64,000 nucleotides of DNA from positions 160,001 through 224,000 of the forward strand of contig CAVSQW010000009.1 of assembly GCA_963730185.1 (NCBI GenBank), read 5' to 3'. The position numbers and the translations under genes were made by a program. The stretch is from an uncultured Gemmatimonadales bacterium. GTDB lineage: Bacteria > Gemmatimonadota > Gemmatimonadetes > Gemmatimonadales > GWC2-71-9. The notes under the pieces were generated by a model. The model was not told the DNA's origin. It searched no databases and saw only the letters and a list, made by a program, of their open reading frames with translations. Below, in pieces: positions 58,478 through 64,000 of this stretch (the first letter of the stretch is position 1; every line of letters begins with the position of its first letter).

Positions 58478-59823
58478 CCGCGCCTCACGTCGGGATCGTC
58501 GGGGGCGGGGTGCTCGGCATGACGCTCGCGCTCGGTCTCCGGAAGCGAGGCCACCGGGTGACCGTCCTCGAGGGGGCGTCGGCGCCGGGCGGGCTGGCGG
58601 CTCCGGCCGAGATCGGTGGCTTTACCTGGGACCGGTTCTATCATGTCATCGCCCCGGGCGACGAGCAGCTCCTCGGGCTCCTAGACGAGCTCGACCTGAC
58701 CGACGCGGTGCGCTGGGGCACCACCCGAACCGGCTTCTTCACCGACGACCGATTCCACTCGATGTCGTCGTCGTGGGAGTTCCTCCGGTTCCCCCCGCTG
58801 TCCCTGGTCGACAAGGCCCGCTTGGGCCTCACCATCCTCCATGCCTCCCGAATCACGGACGGGCGTCCGCTCGAGGACATCCCGGCCGTGGACTGGCTCC
58901 GCCGCTGGTCGGGCCGGAACACGCTGAACCGGATCTGGCTGCCGCTGCTCAAGGCGAAGCTGGGCGAGAACTACCGCCAGGCCAGCGCCGCGTTCATCTG
59001 GGCGATCGTTGCCCGGATGTACGCGGCCCGGCGGAATGGACTCAAGCGGGAGCAGTTCGGCTACGTCGACGGCGGCTACGACCGGGTGCTCCGGCGGCTC
59101 CGGGAGCGCCTCGAGGAGCAGGGCGTGGCGCTCATCTGCGGTGCGGCCGTGACGGGGGTGCAGTCGGACGGGGCGGGACCCCGGGTGACGCTCGCGGGCG
59201 GTGAGGAGCGAGCGTTCGACCAGGTGATCCTGACCATGCCTGCCACGAAGATCCCCCAGCTCTGCCCCGACCTCACCCGCGCGGAGACGTCGCGCCTGGA
59301 GCGAGTCGTCTACCAGGGCATCGTCTGTGCGTCGCTCCTCCTCAAGCGTCCGCTTTCGGGGTTTTACGTCACCAACATCACCGAGGCGTGGGTCCCGTTC
59401 ACGGCCGTGATCGAGACGACCGCCTTGGTGGATCGGGACCGCTTCGGGGGCCACACGCTGGTGTATCTCCCGCGATACCTGACGCAGGATGACGCCTTCT
59501 GGCGGCGATCCGACGATGAGGTCCGGACCGAGTTCGTCGCGGCCCTTCGGCGGATGTATCCCGACCTTCGGCCCGACGACATCGTCGCGTTTCGGACCTC
59601 TCGGGTCCGGGAGGTGCTCGCGCTGGCCACCCGGGGGTACACCCGCGAGGCGCTGCCTCCGACCCGGACCTCCCTTCCCGGTGTCTGGATCGTCAACTCG
59701 GCCCAGATCGCGAACGGCACCCTCAATCTGAACGAGACCGTGGGCCTTGCCGGCCGCAAGCTGGACGAGCTGGGACCGGTCTTCGACGCGACTCGGCCGG
59801 CCCGCGAGCCGGCCGCCCGGTGA
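58474..59823 (+). CDS. FAD-dependent oxidoreductase (protoporphyrinogen-oxidase-like fold)
   Basis: IVGGGVLG, PGGLA, WDRFYHVI; GTGA overlap. Confidence 0.85.
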   Translation: MTAPHVGIVGGGVLGMTLALGLRKRGHRVTVLEGASAPGGLAAPAEIGGFTWDRFYHVIAPGDEQLLGLLDELDLTDAVRWGTTRTGFFTDDRFHSMSSSWEFLRFPPLSLVDKARLGLTILHASRITDGRPLEDIPAVDWLRRWSGRNTLNRIWLPLLKAKLGENYRQASAAFIWAIVARMYAARRNGLKREQFGYVDGGYDRVLRRLRERLEEQGVALICGAAVTGVQSDGAGPRVTLAGGEERAFDQVILTMPATKIPQLCPDLTRAETSRLERVVYQGIVCASLLLKRPLSGFYVTNITEAWVPFTAVIETTALVDRDRFGGHTLVYLPRYLTQDDAFWRRSDDEVRTEFVAALRRMYPDLRPDDIVAFRTSRVREVLALATRGYTREALPPTRTSLPGVWIVNSAQIANGTLNLNETVGLAGRKLDELGPVFDATRPAREPAAR

Positions 59824-60821
59824 CACCGATGCCGACCCGCCCGATGGCGAGCGTCTCGCTCGATCTCGACAACCTCTGGTCGTATCTCAAGACCCACGGC
59901 GATGCCGGGTGGGAGCGGCGTCCGACCTACCTGCCCGGCTTCGTGCCCCCGGTGCTGGATCTCCTCGACCACCTCGGTCTCCGGATCACCTTCTTCGTGG
60001 TGGGCGTGGACGCCGACCGCGCGGAGAACGCCGGCGCGCTCGCGGCGATTACGGCCCGCGGTCACGAGGTCGGCAACCACTCGTACGAGCACGAGCCCTG
60101 GCTGCACCGGTACTCGGCCGCGCAGCTGGACGAGGAGATCGCCCGGGCGGACGAGGCCGTGACCCGGGCCACGGGCCAACGACCGGTCGGGTTCCGAGGC
60201 CCGGGGTACAGCTGGAGCCCCACCCTGCTCGAGGTACTCCAGCGGCGAGGCTATCTCTTCGACTCGTCCACCCTACCGACCTACATCGGACCGTTGGCCC
60301 GGGCCTACTACTTCGCGACGGCCAAGCTCTCCCGGGCGGCCCGGGCGGAACGGGCAGCCCTGTTTGGAACGGTCCAGGACGGGCTCCGGCCGGTCAAGCC
60401 GTACGCTTGGCTGCTCGGCGACGGCCCGGGCCTGCTCGAGATTCCGGTGACGACGATCCCCGGCCTCAAACTGCCCTTCCACCTGAGCTACCTCCTCTAC
60501 CTGAGCCGGTACTCGGAGGCGGCGGCCATCGGATACCTCCGGTCGGCGCTTGCCCTCTGTCGCCTGACCGGCACCGAGCCCTGCTTCCTGCTCCACCCGC
60601 TCGACCTGGTCGGCGGCGATCAGGCGCCGGACCTTCGCTTCTTTCCCGGCATGGACCTCGGCACCGACCGAAAGCAGCAGTTCTTCCTCCGCGTGCTCGA
60701 GACCCTGGGGCGATGGTATACCCCGGTCGCGATGAGCACCCACGCGCGCTCGATCATCGGCCGGGGCGGACTCCGGGTCCGCCGCCCGGTCGGCCTCGAG
60801 ACCGCCCCGGCGGAGGCCTGA
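59820..60821 (+). CDS. Polysaccharide deacetylase-family protein
   Basis: SLDLDN, ITFFVVG, GHEVGNHSYEH, GFRGPG, FDSS, LLHPLD. Confidence 0.9.
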   Translation: MTPMPTRPMASVSLDLDNLWSYLKTHGDAGWERRPTYLPGFVPPVLDLLDHLGLRITFFVVGVDADRAENAGALAAITARGHEVGNHSYEHEPWLHRYSAAQLDEEIARADEAVTRATGQRPVGFRGPGYSWSPTLLEVLQRRGYLFDSSTLPTYIGPLARAYYFATAKLSRAARAERAALFGTVQDGLRPVKPYAWLLGDGPGLLEIPVTTIPGLKLPFHLSYLLYLSRYSEAAAIGYLRSALALCRLTGTEPCFLLHPLDLVGGDQAPDLRFFPGMDLGTDRKQQFFLRVLETLGRWYTPVAMSTHARSIIGRGGLRVRRPVGLETAPAEA

Positions 60822-60824
60822 GCG

Positions 60825-62807
60825 ATGTGTGGCCTGGCCGGGATGGTGCGCTTCGACGGTCGGCCCGTCGATCGCCGGGTGCTCGAGGCCATGGGCGAGC
60901 GACTCCGGCATCGGGGGCCGGACGACGACGGCATCGCCGTCGAGGGTTCCGTCGGCCTCTGCCACCGCCGGCTGGCCATCATCGACCTGGCCACCGGGCG
61001 TCAGCCGATGACCGACGGCGATCGGACCCTCGTCTACAACGGCGAGGTGTATAACTATGTGGAGCTTCGTGACGAGCTCCGAGCCCTGGGCCACACCTTC
61101 CGAACGAACTCGGACACCGAGGTGCTGCTCGAGGCCTATGCCGAGTGGGGCGACGGCTTCGTCGAACGTTTGAACGGCATGTTCGCGTTCGTGCTCCACG
61201 ATCGAGCCCAAGGACGGATCGTAGCGGCGCGGGATCCCTTCGGCATCAAGCCCCTCTACTACCACCGGAACGACGACCGGCTGCTCTATGCCTCGGAGAT
61301 CAAGGCCCTCCTGGCGGACCCGTCGGTGGAGGCGGCTACCGACCCGGCCAGCTTGGCCGACTACCTGACCTTTCAGTTCGTGCTCGGATCGGGCACCCTG
61401 TTCCGGGGCATTCGGAAGCTGGGGCCCGGTGAGGTCCAGGTGGTATGCACGGCCTCCGGCCGGACCACGTCGCGGCGCTATTGGGAGCCGCGCTTCGACA
61501 TCGACTACGATCACACCGAGGAGTACTTCGTCGCCGAGCTCCGCCGCCTCCTCGGCGACGCGGTCCGTCTCCAGCTGCGGAGCGACGTACCGGTCGGAAC
61601 GTACCTGAGCGGCGGTCTCGACTCCGGCCTGGTCACGGAGCTGGCCGCGGCCGAGCTTCCGGGTCGCCTCCAGTCCTTCACCGGGGCGTTCGACGAGGGC
61701 GAGGCGTTCGACGAGCGCCGATTTGCCCGGCTGGTCGCGAACGACGCCGGCGCCGAGATGCACCAGGTGGTGCCCACCGAGCGCGACTTCGTGGACCTGC
61801 TCCCCCGGCTCGTGTACCAGATGGACGAACCGGCGGCCGGGCCCGGTCTCTTCCCGCAGTACATGGTGTCACGGCGGGCGGCAGCCTCGGTGAAGGTCTG
61901 CTTGGGAGGTCAGGGCGGCGACGAGATCTTCGGCGGCTATGCCCGGTACCTGGTCGCCTATCTGGAGCAGGCGCTCAAGGGCGCGATCTTCGAGACCAAC
62001 GAGGAGCGTGAGCACATCGTCTCCCTCCAGTCGATCGTGCCCCACCTGGCCAGCTTGCGCCAGTACGTCCCGATGCTGACCGAGTTCTGGCGTGAGGATC
62101 TCTTCGAGCCGATGGATCGCCGCTACTTCCGGCTGATCGACCGGAGCGGCGGTATCCTGGGCCTCGCGACCCGGGACTTCCGGTCCGGCTACCAACGGGA
62201 GGCGGTGTTCGGGCGGTTTCAGGGCGTCTTCAACCACCCGGACACCCTGTCGTACTACAACAGGATGACCCACTTCGACATGGTGACCAGCCTCCCGGCG
62301 CTCCTCCACGTGGAGGACCGGGCCAGCATGGCGTCGTCGTTGGAGTCCCGGGTGCCGCTGCTCGACCGGCGGATCGTCGAGCTGGTCACCAGCATGCCGC
62401 CCAAGATGAAGTTCAAGGGTGGCGAGCTCAAGTACGTTCTCAAGAAGGCGGCCCGGGGAATCCTGCCCGAAGCGATCATCGACCGGAAGGAGAAGATGGG
62501 ATTCCCGGTCCCGCTTCACCTCTGGTCACGCGGCGCCTGCCGGGAGTTCTTCACCGACGTCCTGACCTCCCGCGCCGCCCGCGAGCGGGGACTGTTCGCG
62601 CCGACGGCCGTGACCCGGGCGTTCAAGACCGAGGCCGCCTTCGGGCGACGGCTCTGGGGGTTGGTCAACCTGGAGCTTTGGCACCGCCAGTACATCGACG
62701 TTCCCCCGGCTCCACCGCCGGCTCCGATCCGGGTTCGGACCGGGTCCCGGCCGGCGACTCGACAGAAGAGGAAACGATGCCGCTCGAAATCACCAACGGC
62801 GAGGTAA
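60825..62807 (+). CDS. asnB: Asparagine synthase (glutamine-hydrolysing)-like amidotransferase
   Basis: MCG, HRGPD, RRLAIID, NGEVYN, LSGGLDS, GQGGDE, EDRASM, KMGF. Confidence 0.92.
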   Translation: MCGLAGMVRFDGRPVDRRVLEAMGERLRHRGPDDDGIAVEGSVGLCHRRLAIIDLATGRQPMTDGDRTLVYNGEVYNYVELRDELRALGHTFRTNSDTEVLLEAYAEWGDGFVERLNGMFAFVLHDRAQGRIVAARDPFGIKPLYYHRNDDRLLYASEIKALLADPSVEAATDPASLADYLTFQFVLGSGTLFRGIRKLGPGEVQVVCTASGRTTSRRYWEPRFDIDYDHTEEYFVAELRRLLGDAVRLQLRSDVPVGTYLSGGLDSGLVTELAAAELPGRLQSFTGAFDEGEAFDERRFARLVANDAGAEMHQVVPTERDFVDLLPRLVYQMDEPAAGPGLFPQYMVSRRAAASVKVCLGGQGGDEIFGGYARYLVAYLEQALKGAIFETNEEREHIVSLQSIVPHLASLRQYVPMLTEFWREDLFEPMDRRYFRLIDRSGGILGLATRDFRSGYQREAVFGRFQGVFNHPDTLSYYNRMTHFDMVTSLPALLHVEDRASMASSLESRVPLLDRRIVELVTSMPPKMKFKGGELKYVLKKAARGILPEAIIDRKEKMGFPVPLHLWSRGACREFFTDVLTSRAARERGLFAPTAVTRAFKTEAAFGRRLWGLVNLELWHRQYIDVPPAPPPAPIRVRTGSRPATRQKRKRCRSKSPTAR

Positions 62808-64000
62808 CTCGCTGGGAGGTCAGGAAGATCGCCGTCGTCGGCCCCGGAATCGTGGGCATGCCGATGGCCGCCCTGCTGGCGCACGCCCGGATCACGGAAG
62901 GGCGGTCCGAGCCCGCCACCGTGACCGTCATTCAACGTGACTCGCCGACCTCCGGCTGGAAGGTCGAGGCGATCAACCGGGGCCGCTCGCCGATCGGCGG
63001 AGTGGAGCCGGGTCTCGACGCCATCGTGGCCGACGCCGTGAAGGCCGGGCTCCTCCAGGCCTCGCACGACTTCGAGGATCTGCACGACGCCGACGTCGTC
63101 CTGATCTCGGTCCAAACCGACAAGAAGGGACTCGCCCCCGACTACGGTCCGCTGGATGCGGCGCTCGATCGTGTCACGGCCGCGCTGGCCCGGCGTCCGG
63201 CCGGGAACGTGCCCCTGGTGATCTTCGAGTCCACCCTCGCGCCGTCGTCGATGAGCACCGTGATCCGCGAGCGCTTCGAGCGGGCCGGACTGATCGAGGG
63301 TCGCGACGTGCTGCTCGGCAACAGTCCGAACCGGGTCATGCCCGGCCGCCTGGTCGATCGCGTCGCCGCGGCCGACAAGATCGCGGGCGGCCTGAGCCCC
63401 GCGACGCCACAGTTGATCCGCCGGCTCTACCGCCGGATCGTGACGGACGGGACCATTCACGTCACCAACAGCCTGACGGCCGAGGTCGTCAAGACCCTCG
63501 AGAACGCCTACCGTGACGTCCGGATCGCGTTCTCGGCCGAGGTGGTCCGGTGGTGCGATGCCCGGGGGATCGACTTCTATCGCTTGCGCCATGACGTGAA
63601 CCAGCGCCTCGATCAGACCGACCTGGCGGGCGCCGACCCCAATGCCGTCCCCAGCGGTGGCCTCCTGGTACCGACGGTCGGCGTGGGCGGCCACTGTCTG
63701 CCGAAGGACGGCATCCTGCTCTATTGGCGTTGGATCGAGAGCGGGCGGCCGACCGAGGCGAGCTTGATTCTGGAGGCCCGGGTCGTGAACGACGAATCGC
63801 CGGCCGAGACCATCACCATGGCCGAACGGGCGTTCGGCTCCCTGGCGGGACAACGGGTCGCGCTTCTCGGCGCGGCCTATCGGTTCAACTCCGAGGATAC
63901 CCGAAACTCGCCGACCCTGGTCCTGGCTCGCCAGTTGGTCGAGGCGGGGGTGTCGGTTCGGATTCACGATCCCTACGTCAAGGGCGACGACCAGAATCTC
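62777..64000 (+). CDS. Nucleotide-sugar dehydrogenase (UDP-glucose/GDP-mannose DH family); runs off window end
   Basis: Manual translation from ATG 62777 (GAGG RBS): IAVVGPGIVGMP, FESTLAP, AEVVKTLENAYRD, GVGGHCLPKD, LLGAAYRFNSEDTRNSP, IHDPYV. Confidence 0.92.
   Translation, partial: MPLEITNGEVTRWEVRKIAVVGPGIVGMPMAALLAHARITEGRSEPATVTVIQRDSPTSGWKVEAINRGRSPIGGVEPGLDAIVADAVKAGLLQASHDFEDLHDADVVLISVQTDKKGLAPDYGPLDAALDRVTAALARRPAGNVPLVIFESTLAPSSMSTVIRERFERAGLIEGRDVLLGNSPNRVMPGRLVDRVAAADKIAGGLSPATPQLIRRLYRRIVTDGTIHVTNSLTAEVVKTLENAYRDVRIAFSAEVVRWCDARGIDFYRLRHDVNQRLDQTDLAGADPNAVPSGGLLVPTVGVGGHCLPKDGILLYWRWIESGRPTEASLILEARVVNDESPAETITMAERAFGSLAGQRVALLGAAYRFNSEDTRNSPTLVLARQLVEAGVSVRIHDPYVKGDDQNL

Noticed and set aside
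62700..62807. Basic C-terminal extension of AsnB overlapping the next gene by 31 nt
   Set aside because: Low-complexity run-on to the next stop, possibly another indel; no sign of function.
1..64000. CRISPR arrays, rRNA/tRNA, IS elements, integrases, prophage or defence genes
   Set aside because: None recognised by eye in ORFs or intergenic regions; no covariance or HMM search was possible.

Overview
High-GC (roughly 70% by eye), gene-dense bacterial window with about 55 coding regions. Gene content (PadR + duplicated 'orphan' ABC permeases, Tat-exported DsrE-like protein, diheme cytochrome-TPR, many secreted peptidases/hydrolases) suggests Gemmatimonadota or an Acidobacteria-like lineage; this is inference only. 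Left to right: GMC oxidoreductase + small subunit; TonB-dependent-receptor-like protein; two ADOP-type permeases flanking a PadR; a TetR/MFS/MDR/acyl-CoA ligase/thioesterase cluster interrupted by a cupredoxin and an APC permease; amidohydrolase; SDR + PQQ dehydrogenase with a diverged duplicate of the PQQ gene 3' end; MHS transporter; DapB-like gene; a complete TetR-TolC-HlyD-ABC efflux operon with a 38-bp perfect palindromic operator; LytS/LytTR pair; peptidases and OM beta-barrels; a third PadR-ADOP pair; and the start of a polysaccharide modification operon (deacetylase-GT2 fusion, FAD oxidoreductase, deacetylase, AsnB-like, NDP-sugar dehydrogenase). I saw no rRNA, tRNA, CRISPR array, integrase, transposase or reverse transcriptase. 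At least six genes carry indel frameshifts that are probably assembly errors. Best leads: a CxxCH motif inside a PQQ propeller loop, the displaced PQQ 3'-end repeat, PadR-linked permease prefix domains, a sigma-54-preceded orphan small ORF, and several enzymes with substituted catalytic residues.
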